Below are positions 1 through 7,866 of a stretch of 64,000 bases of DNA, piece by piece. The DNA is from Abditibacterium sp. (GTDB lineage Bacteria; Armatimonadota; Abditibacteriia; Abditibacteriales; Abditibacteriaceae): contig CBDASK010000003.1 of the NCBI GenBank assembly GCA_965199495.1, forward strand, positions 2,784,001-2,848,000. Direction: 5' to 3'. Below the pieces are notes generated by a model. That model worked only from the letters and a program-made list of their open reading frames with translations. It had not been told where the DNA came from and searched no databases. Made by a program: the position numbers and the translations under genes. How positions within the stretch are numbered: position 1 is the stretch's first letter; every line of letters begins with the position of its first letter.

Positions 1-2
1 AT

Positions 3-608
3 GAAGCGGCGGTGCCCGCTTCGTGGTCTGAACCCGATTACACCTATCATCTGTGGAACGGCACCGGCAAATACGCGGGCACCTTCGATTACACCGCGTC
101 GCCGATGTGGCCTTACATGAAGAACGCCCAGTTCACCGGATGCGCTTCGGCCCGCAGTGATGAGGCCGCCGATTGGGGCATGACCGATTATGGTTACAAC
201 CAGCTTTACGTCGGCGGTTATGGGCCGGGCACGGGCGGCCCGCGCGTGGCAGCCAGCCCCAACAAAGATCGCATGACGCAAACGCCCGCCAAACTCGCGC
301 AACTTGCGGCGCCTTCGCAAACGTTGCTTTTCGCCGATTCGATTTGGTCAACTCCAACGGGATCGCAGTCGCGCTGGCCGTGGCTGTATCCGCCGAGTTC
401 GGGCGCGGCGAATGGATTTTTGCAGGCGCGCCATTTGGAAACCTGCAACATCGCTTTTGTTGACGGCCACGTCAAAGCGATGAAACTCAACGTGATGGTG
501 CCCGATGGCAACGCGAGTGGCCAAACGCCTCGTAGCGCGATGCGCGGCAACATTTCTCCCAATGGAACCTTGACCGACGAATATTGGAGCGGCGACGGAC
601 AGCCGTAA
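3..608 (+). CDS. 5'-truncated DUF1559-like / prepilin-associated protein with C-terminal H-X9-DG motif
   Basis: Frame is open from the window edge; contains YGYN and RHLETCNIAFVDGHVK (H-X9-DG) motifs typical of this family. Confidence 0.8.
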   Translation, partial: EAAVPASWSEPDYTYHLWNGTGKYAGTFDYTASPMWPYMKNAQFTGCASARSDEAADWGMTDYGYNQLYVGGYGPGTGGPRVAASPNKDRMTQTPAKLAQLAAPSQTLLFADSIWSTPTGSQSRWPWLYPPSSGAANGFLQARHLETCNIAFVDGHVKAMKLNVMVPDGNASGQTPRSAMRGNISPNGTLTDEYWSGDGQP

Positions 609-614
609 ATTTCG

Positions 615-1832
615 ATGAAATTACCGCGCAAATTCTCGCAGGGCGCCCGTAAAACCTGTTTTGTGATTCATCTGTGGACGGGCCTAATTCTTGGACTTTG
701 GTTCGTAATGATCGGGCTGACTGGCAGCTTTTTGGCGTGGCGTTCCGAGTTCACCAGTTGGGAAGCCAGAACGCGCGTGGGCGCGCCCAAACCGCGCGCG
801 GGAGAAAAAATCATTCCGGTTTCGCGCGCGATAGCGGCGCTCAAAGCCGCCGATCCCAAACTCAAGCCGGAGCGCGGACTTTACATTCCGCCGGGCGAAT
901 ACGCTTATTATGTGCTGAGCGCGCGCGGCGAACGCAACGTCCAACCCGCGACGTTGCTTTATCTGGTCAATCCGGTGACGGCGCGGGTTTATCCGCCGGT
1001 TGACCGCAGCACGTTGTGGGTCGAGTTCTTCGAGCATCTGCACGCCAATTTGCTGTTGGCTGGCAAAGGCAACTTCGCCAACGGAATTTTGTCGTTTATC
1101 GCGCTGTTTTTGTTGGCGACGGGCGCGTGGCTGTGGTGGCCATCCAACTGGAAACAACTCAAGCAACGCATCTCGATAAAGCGCGGCACCACTTTGCGCC
1201 GCACGCTTTACGATTGGCACAACGTTTTGGGCGTTTATCTTTTTGGATTGCTCTTTCTGCTGACTCTGACGGGCGTGGCTCTGGTCTGGAACGAACAAAC
1301 CGATAAAAGCCTGACCAAACTGATTGACAATTGGACGGGCGCGCGAAAGTCAGTCGTGCAGGGCAGCGCGACCGTGAGCGGCGGGCAAATGCCCGACATC
1401 ACGCCGCGCGGAAAAATGTTAGGCGTTGACGAACTGGTCGCCCGCGCCCAAGCCGCCGTGCCGGGCGGAACGCTGGTTTTCATCAGTTTGCCGCGCCGCG
1501 CCGGACAACCGTTTCAAACCGCCTTCGATCCGATTGGATTTAACAACGGTCTGGTGCTTTTCGATCCTTATACCGGCGAACGTCTGGCAGCCAATGGCAG
1601 CACCTTTTCGACCGGCGAAATGACGATGAAAGTCGCGGGCGATCTGCATTACGGTTGGTTTGGCGGCGTGTGGTCGAAATTCTTTTACGGCCTGAGCGGA
1701 TTGTTACCGCTCGGCCTTTACCTCACCGGTTTGGGGTTGTGGTGGAAGCGCTTGCAAGCCAAAAAACAAGCGCAACAACGCCGCGCCCAAAATGCGCCTT
1801 CCGCGTCTGCCTCCATTACCGCCGAAGTTTGA
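615..1832 (+). CDS. PepSY-associated TM helix domain protein (iron-regulated membrane protein type)
   Basis: HLWTGL..LTGS, LHANLL, WHNVLG and LHYGWFGG His-containing TM motifs. Confidence 0.85.
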   Translation: MKLPRKFSQGARKTCFVIHLWTGLILGLWFVMIGLTGSFLAWRSEFTSWEARTRVGAPKPRAGEKIIPVSRAIAALKAADPKLKPERGLYIPPGEYAYYVLSARGERNVQPATLLYLVNPVTARVYPPVDRSTLWVEFFEHLHANLLLAGKGNFANGILSFIALFLLATGAWLWWPSNWKQLKQRISIKRGTTLRRTLYDWHNVLGVYLFGLLFLLTLTGVALVWNEQTDKSLTKLIDNWTGARKSVVQGSATVSGGQMPDITPRGKMLGVDELVARAQAAVPGGTLVFISLPRRAGQPFQTAFDPIGFNNGLVLFDPYTGERLAANGSTFSTGEMTMKVAGDLHYGWFGGVWSKFFYGLSGLLPLGLYLTGLGLWWKRLQAKKQAQQRRAQNAPSASASITAEV

Positions 1833-1850
1833 TGCGGTTAACCTTAAATT

Positions 1851-2348
1851 ATGGAACTTTTCCAAGCCATTCACGCGCGCCGCACCGTCAAAGATTTCAA
1901 ACCCGATGCGGTGCCCGACGAACTTTTGATGCGCGCGCTCGAAGCCGGATTGTGGGCGCAAAACCATCGCATGACGCAGCCGTGGCGATTCGCCCTCGTC
2001 GGCCCGCAAACGCGCGCGGCGTTGACGCGATTCTTTCCCAAAGCGCCATCAAAACCGGCGATTGTCGCGGTTTCGTGTTTTAAAAGCGACGGCGGCGAAC
2101 AGGAACGCGAAGATTACGCGGCGGTCGCGTGCGCGATTCAAAACATTCAACTCGCGGCGTGGGATTTGGGCTTGGGAATGCAATGGAGTTCGGGTAAAGC
2201 CGCAACGGGGCCGGAGAATTACGCGATTCTGGGCATTAATGCCGAGCGGGAAACTTTGGTCGGATTGCTGTTGTTTGGCTTTCCCGAAACCGTGCCCGCA
2301 GCGCAGATGCGCCAGCCGCTCGACGAAGTTTTGCGGCGTTTGGATTGA
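1851..2348 (+). CDS. Nitroreductase family protein
   Basis: AIHARRTVKDF, NHRMTQPWRF, AIQNIQLAAWDLGLG motifs. Confidence 0.85.
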   Translation: MELFQAIHARRTVKDFKPDAVPDELLMRALEAGLWAQNHRMTQPWRFALVGPQTRAALTRFFPKAPSKPAIVAVSCFKSDGGEQEREDYAAVACAIQNIQLAAWDLGLGMQWSSGKAATGPENYAILGINAERETLVGLLLFGFPETVPAAQMRQPLDEVLRRLD

Positions 2349-2363
2349 ACGCAAACTTCGGTT

Positions 2364-2446
2364 GCGAACCGCGAGCGTCAGCGACCGGCCAAAGTTTGAT
2401 TTCCTTGCGTTTTAACCTTGGCCAGTCGCTGACGCTCGCGGTTCGC
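2364..2446. repeat. REP-like inverted repeat, family A
   Basis: GCGAACCGCGAGCGTCAGCGACCGGCCAA ... TTGGCCAGTCGCTGACGCTCGCGGTTCGC. Confidence 0.85.
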
Positions 2447-2539
2447 CATATCGCGGGGTTCCGCGCGCTCGCAAAACGCACTTTTCACTCGAACGTTACA
2501 GGCACATAGAAAGGCGCCTGTTAAACTTTGACTCAACTT

Positions 2540-3871
2540 ATGACCAATCGCAGTGCAATGTCTCGCATGGAAGATTTCTTCTATCGCGAGCTGATGAAAT
2601 ATCTCTACCTCGCCGAAGAAAAGCGGCGCTGGAACCAATTCAAAGACGTGCCGTGGGATCAGGCCAACCCGAACTCGCACGAAACGCTCGCCATGTGCGT
2701 CGAGACGTTTTGTGCCGTCGAGATGTATCTGCCCGATTTCACCTCGAAATTATTAACCATGATTCGCCGCAGTCGCGGGCGCGCGTGGTTTCATATCAAC
2801 TGGGGTTACGAAGAATCGAAGCATTCTTTAACTTTGGAAGGTTGGCTGTTGGCGTCGGGCCATCGCACCGAAGAGCAACGCGAGGAAGTCGAGAAAGCGC
2901 TCGCCAATCAGGAGTGGGAACTGCCGTTCGATCATCCGCGCCAGATGGTTTGCTACACGATGGTGCAGGAATTGGCGACGTTCTGGAACTATCGTAACCT
3001 CGAAAAAATGGCGGGCAAGCAGCACGATATTGCCCTCGTCACGGCGCTGCGTTTAATTTCTGTGGACGAACGCGTTCACTATAACTTCTTCCGTAACATG
3101 GTCAAGGAGTGGATGAAGTGGGACGAAGCAGGCACGATTGCCGATTTGAAATACGTCTTCGATAACTTCACCATGCCGGGCAACTCGCAGATTCCCGGCT
3201 ATGACGCCGCCGCCAAAGTTCTGGCCAAAACCGGTATTTACGGCCCGCGCGAATATATCAAGTTGGTGAAAAACCCGATTTTGGAAGATTTGCGCATTGA
3301 CAAAGATTTCAAGAAAATCGAGGACGCCGAAGCCAAAGAGAACCGCGAAAAAGCGATTAAACAGCAGGAAGAAGACTCGCGCGAAAAAATCGCTCTCGGA
3401 GGCAGCCACGCCGTGGCTAAGGCCGACGCGCGCGCCGACGCCAAACATCCGTTTAACTCGAACGCTTTGAATAAAGTGTTGGAAAACAATAAACCGAACA
3501 ATCCGGGACGCGGCAAATGGGATTCGCGTCACGCGATTCCAACTTACGCCGACGGCAGCAAGCGTAGCGCGTTCTTGGATATGGTCGGCATCGAACCCGC
3601 CGAGCGCGTCGAAACCAGCACTTCGCTCATTTTGCTGGCGCAGGAATTCGAGAAATTGCCCGGTTCGCGCGGCATGGATAAATTGAACAATCCGCTCGAC
3701 CAAAAGCTGCTCGAAATCGGCGACGAACTCTCCAATAACGCGGGCGAATTGCGCAGCGAACGCGCGAAGATTAAAGAAGAACGCGAAATTACGCGCGCGA
3801 GCCGCAATAAAAACGACCGGTTGATGCAGAAGTATCAGGAAGGCGAAGAGAAACCGAACGAAGAAAAGTAA
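2540..3871 (+). CDS. Acyl-ACP desaturase (ferritin-like di-iron) with long charged C-terminal extension
   Basis: WGYEESKH, QELAT and DERVH iron-ligand motifs, F.MPG; start could be 2528, 2540 or 2558. Confidence 0.8.
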   Translation: MTNRSAMSRMEDFFYRELMKYLYLAEEKRRWNQFKDVPWDQANPNSHETLAMCVETFCAVEMYLPDFTSKLLTMIRRSRGRAWFHINWGYEESKHSLTLEGWLLASGHRTEEQREEVEKALANQEWELPFDHPRQMVCYTMVQELATFWNYRNLEKMAGKQHDIALVTALRLISVDERVHYNFFRNMVKEWMKWDEAGTIADLKYVFDNFTMPGNSQIPGYDAAAKVLAKTGIYGPREYIKLVKNPILEDLRIDKDFKKIEDAEAKENREKAIKQQEEDSREKIALGGSHAVAKADARADAKHPFNSNALNKVLENNKPNNPGRGKWDSRHAIPTYADGSKRSAFLDMVGIEPAERVETSTSLILLAQEFEKLPGSRGMDKLNNPLDQKLLEIGDELSNNAGELRSERAKIKEEREITRASRNKNDRLMQKYQEGEEKPNEEK

Positions 3872-3874
3872 AAG

Positions 3875-3910
3875 CAAAAAACCGCGCTCTGATTAGAGCG
3901 CGGTTTTTTG
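3875..3910. terminator. Bidirectional intrinsic terminator
   Basis: A6-CCGCGCTCT-gatt-AGAGCGCGG-T6 between convergent genes. Confidence 0.85.
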
Positions 3911-3928
3911 TTCCGATTTTGCAAATTT

Positions 3929-4471
3929 CTAACGGTTAGTTTTTTCGATATTTATGGGAATAAAACTACTGTTGGAAGTCAAAAGTATCTGATCCACTCG
4001 GATTCCCATTTCCAAATCGGTGAGCTTCATTACATTGATACCTTTATCACAATGAAAGCGGCCTCGACAATATTGCCAACTCCAAATGCCATAACTGGCT
4101 TGGTCTCCAAGAATTCTGGGACGACTCTCGTTAATAGAAACTTTGAAACTATTACTAAAGTTATTGATATATTTGATGCGCGTCCATAAATAGTAAGTGC
4201 CGGGCGTCTCGACGCGAAATTTATAGGTCGCTGAACCATCGTCGTGGTTGGCCACCCAAGGCATTTGTAAATATCCGTGCGACGGATTTTGCCATGGCTC
4301 TGCGATATTCTTTTTGGAAGAAATTTCAACTCTTTTCAGCGGCTTTTTTATCTGAGCCGCATTTTCTGCTTCCCAGCATATAACGATATTTGGAGCGGCA
4401 TAAACTTGCTTCGCGCAAGCAAATGAAATCAACAGCAATGGCGTTGCAACGTTTATTTTGTTCATCGTCAA
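3929..4471 (-). CDS. Hypothetical secreted protein, possibly a carbohydrate-binding beta-sandwich; AT-rich
   Basis: Signal-peptide-like N-terminus; WEAENA...GTYYLWTR...VDQILLT pattern. Confidence 0.6.
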   Translation of the reverse strand: MTMNKINVATPLLLISFACAKQVYAAPNIVICWEAENAAQIKKPLKRVEISSKKNIAEPWQNPSHGYLQMPWVANHDDGSATYKFRVETPGTYYLWTRIKYINNFSNSFKVSINESRPRILGDQASYGIWSWQYCRGRFHCDKGINVMKLTDLEMGIRVDQILLTSNSSFIPINIEKTNR

Positions 4472-4527
4472 AAATCTGACAATTTAATTGTGAGAAGGTT
4501 CGGCTTTTGCTGCGATAGAAGAGGTTA

Positions 4528-5472
4528 TTATTGTTCAATATCGTTCGTTCGATAAATCGCCGCGCACAATTTCGCGTTGGTGAAATCCATCACAACGATA
4601 CCGAAATCACCGCGCGCGTTCGTTGCGAAAAATTGCGCTAAACGCGGATTAATCGCGCTCGCAACCGACGGAACATTGGGAATACCAAATAATCCCGCTT
4701 TGACGCCGCTCGCGAAATTCAGCGTGAGCGGCGGATTTACACCGGCTTGCGTTTGCTTTAGCAATTGCTCGATGGAATTCCATTTATCGTCGGTGTCAGT
4801 CACTTTATAAATATCTTGGACGCGCAAGTTTTCACGAACAAAAGTTTGATTATCCGGCCAGTTCGAGGCGTCAATACCCGTCGCCGTGGCTGCATTGAAG
4901 CGGCGCAACAATACGATTTTGCCGCGCGCTTGATTGAGCGTTGGAACTGTCGAACTCAGCAGCCACGGCGACGGATTGCGCGCGATATAATTATCGACAG
5001 TCGCAGCGAACGAGCGCATGTTGTTACGCGCTTCGTATTCTTCTTTGACGCTTAGAATTATGGTTTCGGAGGGATGAGCGCGCAGGAAATCGGTGGCGCT
5101 TTTGATAACGTCGGCGAAGTTTTGGTGTTGGTCAATCGGGCCGTGATAAATCGTGAAGGCGTTGTTTTGGTGACGGCAACGAATATCGAGAAAGCGAACG
5201 CCCGCGTCGAGTTGTTGGGCAATCGTCAGGTTTTGGCATTTGGCGGTGCCGCGAATCGGCTCGTAAAGCGCGGCGCTGTTGTGCGTGCCGGGGATAGAAA
5301 TTTGTGAAATCGGGATTTTGCCATTGAGCGATTTCATCCAGTCCGTGCCGGTGGCTGCACTGGCCACTGCGGGGATTCCGAAAACGGTCGGCGAAACGAT
5401 GACGCACAAACCAACAATTCCGCTTGCCAGCAACAACGCGCCAACTTTGACGAGCTTGTGTTTGGTTCTCAT
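4528..5472 (-). CDS. Phosphatidylinositol-specific phospholipase C (PI-PLC X domain)
   Basis: SIPGTHNS, QLDAGVRFLDIRCR, YHG, RGKIVLLRRF motifs; signal peptide from the ATG at 5472. Confidence 0.9.
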   Translation of the reverse strand: MRTKHKLVKVGALLLASGIVGLCVIVSPTVFGIPAVASAATGTDWMKSLNGKIPISQISIPGTHNSAALYEPIRGTAKCQNLTIAQQLDAGVRFLDIRCRHQNNAFTIYHGPIDQHQNFADVIKSATDFLRAHPSETIILSVKEEYEARNNMRSFAATVDNYIARNPSPWLLSSTVPTLNQARGKIVLLRRFNAATATGIDASNWPDNQTFVRENLRVQDIYKVTDTDDKWNSIEQLLKQTQAGVNPPLTLNFASGVKAGLFGIPNVPSVASAINPRLAQFFATNARGDFGIVVMDFTNAKLCAAIYRTNDIEQ

Positions 5473-5487
5473 CGCGATGAAAAACAC

Positions 5488-5515
5488 AAAACCGCGCTTC
5501 ATTAGGCGCGGTTTT
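5488..5515 (-). terminator. Probable intrinsic terminator after the response regulator
   Basis: AAAACCGCGCTT-catt-AGGCGCGGTTTT hairpin. Confidence 0.6.
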
Positions 5516-5520
5516 CAGGT

Positions 5521-5925
5521 TTAGGCGGCGTGCATTTCGCTGGCTAAATTTTCGATCATTTCAAATAATTGATCAAATTCGATTGGTTTGGCTAAATGCG
5601 CATCATAACCGGCGCGTTTGGCACGGTCGCCGTCGAGGTTCATGTCGTAGCCGGTCAGGGCGATGGAACGAAACGGGCCGAATTGGGGTTGCTCGCGCAT
5701 CGTCTGCATCATTTCGTAGCCGTCCATTTCGGGCATGCCGATGTCGGAAACGATGACGTGGGGCGCAAATTCGGTCGCGGTTTGCAGGGCTTCGCCCGCG
5801 CTCTGGCAGGTGCGAACTTCGTATTGGCGTCGTTGCATCATCAAGTCGAGCATCGACAGCAAATCGGGTTGATCGTCAACGAGTAACACTCGCAGTGAGG
5901 CGCTGGAATCGAAATGGCTTTGCAT
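5521..5925 (-). CDS. Stand-alone response regulator receiver (CheY-like)
   Basis: LLVDD, SDIGMPEMDG, ALTG, LAKP motifs. Confidence 0.9.
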   Translation of the reverse strand: MQSHFDSSASLRVLLVDDQPDLLSMLDLMMQRRQYEVRTCQSAGEALQTATEFAPHVIVSDIGMPEMDGYEMMQTMREQPQFGPFRSIALTGYDMNLDGDRAKRAGYDAHLAKPIEFDQLFEMIENLASEMHAA

Positions 5926-6097
5926 GAGAATACTCGCTGTTTAACCCCAAAAGTTTACCGCAACACCCTGCGCTCCTAACACAAGGAATAACCCTTAAAA
6001 CTGGTAAATTTAACCTGCCACACCTCATGAAATAACGATGCGTGACAGGAAAACTTGTGCTAAGCGGTTTTTCGTTGTTTCCCTTTGGGCTTTCTCT

Positions 6098-7108
6098 TCA
6101 CGCCGCGACGGGCGCGAGTTTTTCGACCAACTCCTCGATCAAATCGTCGGATTCGACGCCCTCGGCCTGACCTTCAAAGTTGAGCAAAATGCGATGGCGT
6201 AAAGCCGGACGCGCCACGAAGTCAATGTCTTCGTAAGAAACGTGAAAGCGTCCTTCAAACAGCGCCCGCACTTTGGCCGCCAACACCAACGCCTGCGCAC
6301 CACGCGGCGAAGCGCCATAGCGCACGAATCGTTTCACCGCGTCGGTGGCGTATTCGCTGTCGGGATGGCTGGCCAAAACCAACTGCACCGCGTGTTCCTG
6401 AACGTGCGAGGCAATCGGCACTTCGCGCACTAATTTGCGCAACATCAAAATCTCTTGCGAAGACAAAACCGGTTCGGGCATTTCGTTGTAACCCGTTGTG
6501 GTGCGATTGAGGATTTCCATCAACTCATCGGAGGTGGGAAAGAAAACTTTCAACTTGAATAGGAAACGATCTAACTGGGCTTCTGGCAAGGGGTAAGTTC
6601 CCTCTTGTTCCACAGGGTTTTGCGTCGCCAGCACGATATAAGGCTCTTCGAGCTTGTAAGTCGTGCCCGCGACAGTCACGCTGCGTTCCTGCATCGCTTC
6701 CAAAAGCGCCGATTGCGTTTTGGGCGTGGCGCGGTTGATTTCGTCGGCCAGCAGAACGTTGGTGAAAACCGGGCCGCGCTGAAACTGAAATTGGCGCGAA
6801 CCATCGGGCAAATCGGCGATGATGTTGGTGCCGGTCACGTCGGCGGGCATCAGGTCGGGCGTAAACTGGATGCGCGAGAAATCCAGCCCCAGACTTCCAG
6901 CCAGCGCGCGCACCATCAGAGTTTTGCCCAGTCCGGGCACGCCTTCAAGCAGGACGTGGCCGCCCGCCATCAGGCACATCAAAACGCCTTCGACGATCAT
7001 ATCTTGTCCGACCAGAGTGCGCGCCATCTGCGCTTTGACATCGTCGAGGCGCTCTTGAAAGTGAGCCACGGCCTGTTGCGGCGAAAGTTGAGTAGGGGAT
7101 TCGGTCAT
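6098..7108 (-). CDS. MoxR family AAA+ ATPase
   Basis: EGVPGLGKT, RIQFTPDLMPAD, LADEINRA, ATQNPVEQEGTYPLPEAQLDRF. Confidence 0.95.
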   Translation of the reverse strand: MTESPTQLSPQQAVAHFQERLDDVKAQMARTLVGQDMIVEGVLMCLMAGGHVLLEGVPGLGKTLMVRALAGSLGLDFSRIQFTPDLMPADVTGTNIIADLPDGSRQFQFQRGPVFTNVLLADEINRATPKTQSALLEAMQERSVTVAGTTYKLEEPYIVLATQNPVEQEGTYPLPEAQLDRFLFKLKVFFPTSDELMEILNRTTTGYNEMPEPVLSSQEILMLRKLVREVPIASHVQEHAVQLVLASHPDSEYATDAVKRFVRYGASPRGAQALVLAAKVRALFEGRFHVSYEDIDFVARPALRHRILLNFEGQAEGVESDDLIEELVEKLAPVAA

Positions 7109-7140
7109 TTATTGTCGTTAAGTTTAGCGCGCACAGATAT

Positions 7141-7554
7141 TTAGCGAATGAAAAGCGCTTTGACCAGAGCGGCGTCGTGAAGCGGAGTAATCTCGTGTTT
7201 GTCGGCGGTGACAAATTCGGCATTCAGGCGGCGCGCCAGAGCCACGCCGAGCGCGTCGCCCAGCGGCAACGACGCGCCCGCGATGCGGCGCGCGGCGATG
7301 AGCGCACCGGCGTCGCGCCAGAATTCGCCATCCATGTCGGAGCGTTCGATGACGCCCGCATCTAACAGTTTATCTATGGAGATTTGAGCTTGAGTTTCGC
7401 CGTCTCTGCGCCACATAATGTGAAATACTTCGCAAAGATTGGCCGAATGGATATACAAAGGAATGCTCGTATCGGCGAATAGGTCTGCGACAACAGTAGC
7501 TCCCGGTTCATCTTTTAGAAAAGCGACTACGGCTGACGAATCGAGAACGCTCAC
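7141..7554 (-). CDS. PIN-domain (VapC-like) toxin
   Basis: VLDSSAVVA, NLCEV, LPLGD, VTAD acidic PIN motifs; overlaps upstream gene by 4 nt (GTGA). Confidence 0.85.
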   Translation of the reverse strand: MSVLDSSAVVAFLKDEPGATVVADLFADTSIPLYIHSANLCEVFHIMWRRDGETQAQISIDKLLDAGVIERSDMDGEFWRDAGALIAARRIAGASLPLGDALGVALARRLNAEFVTADKHEITPLHDAALVKALFIR

Positions 7555-7856
7555 TGGTCTGCTCCCGCACGCAACTGCGTAAATCTTTGTTCATCCCGCA
7601 GCATTTCCTGACGTGCTTCTTCGCTGCGTTCGCGCAGAAATTCGTCCACTGTCGGGCTACCACTCGAAGCGCTTCCACGCAGTTCAAGCGCGAGGCGCCG
7701 TCTTGTTGCGTTTTGCGTTTCTTGTTCCGTTGCTGCGGGCACATCTTCAACCAGATGCCATGCGGCTTCCAGTAATAGCGTGCGGGCATCCGTGCCGCGC
7801 TCGCGCGCCGCGCGTTCGAGTTGTGCTTCCAGTTCGGTCGGGATTTCTAAAGTCAT
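7551..7856 (-). CDS. Putative antitoxin of the PIN toxin
   Basis: Small protein coupled directly upstream of the PIN gene; MTLEIPTELEAQLERAA start; SD-like AGGAG upstream. Confidence 0.7.
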   Translation of the reverse strand: MTLEIPTELEAQLERAARERGTDARTLLLEAAWHLVEDVPAATEQETQNATRRRLALELRGSASSGSPTVDEFLRERSEEARQEMLRDEQRFTQLRAGADQ

Positions 7857-7866
7857 AACGGTTCTC

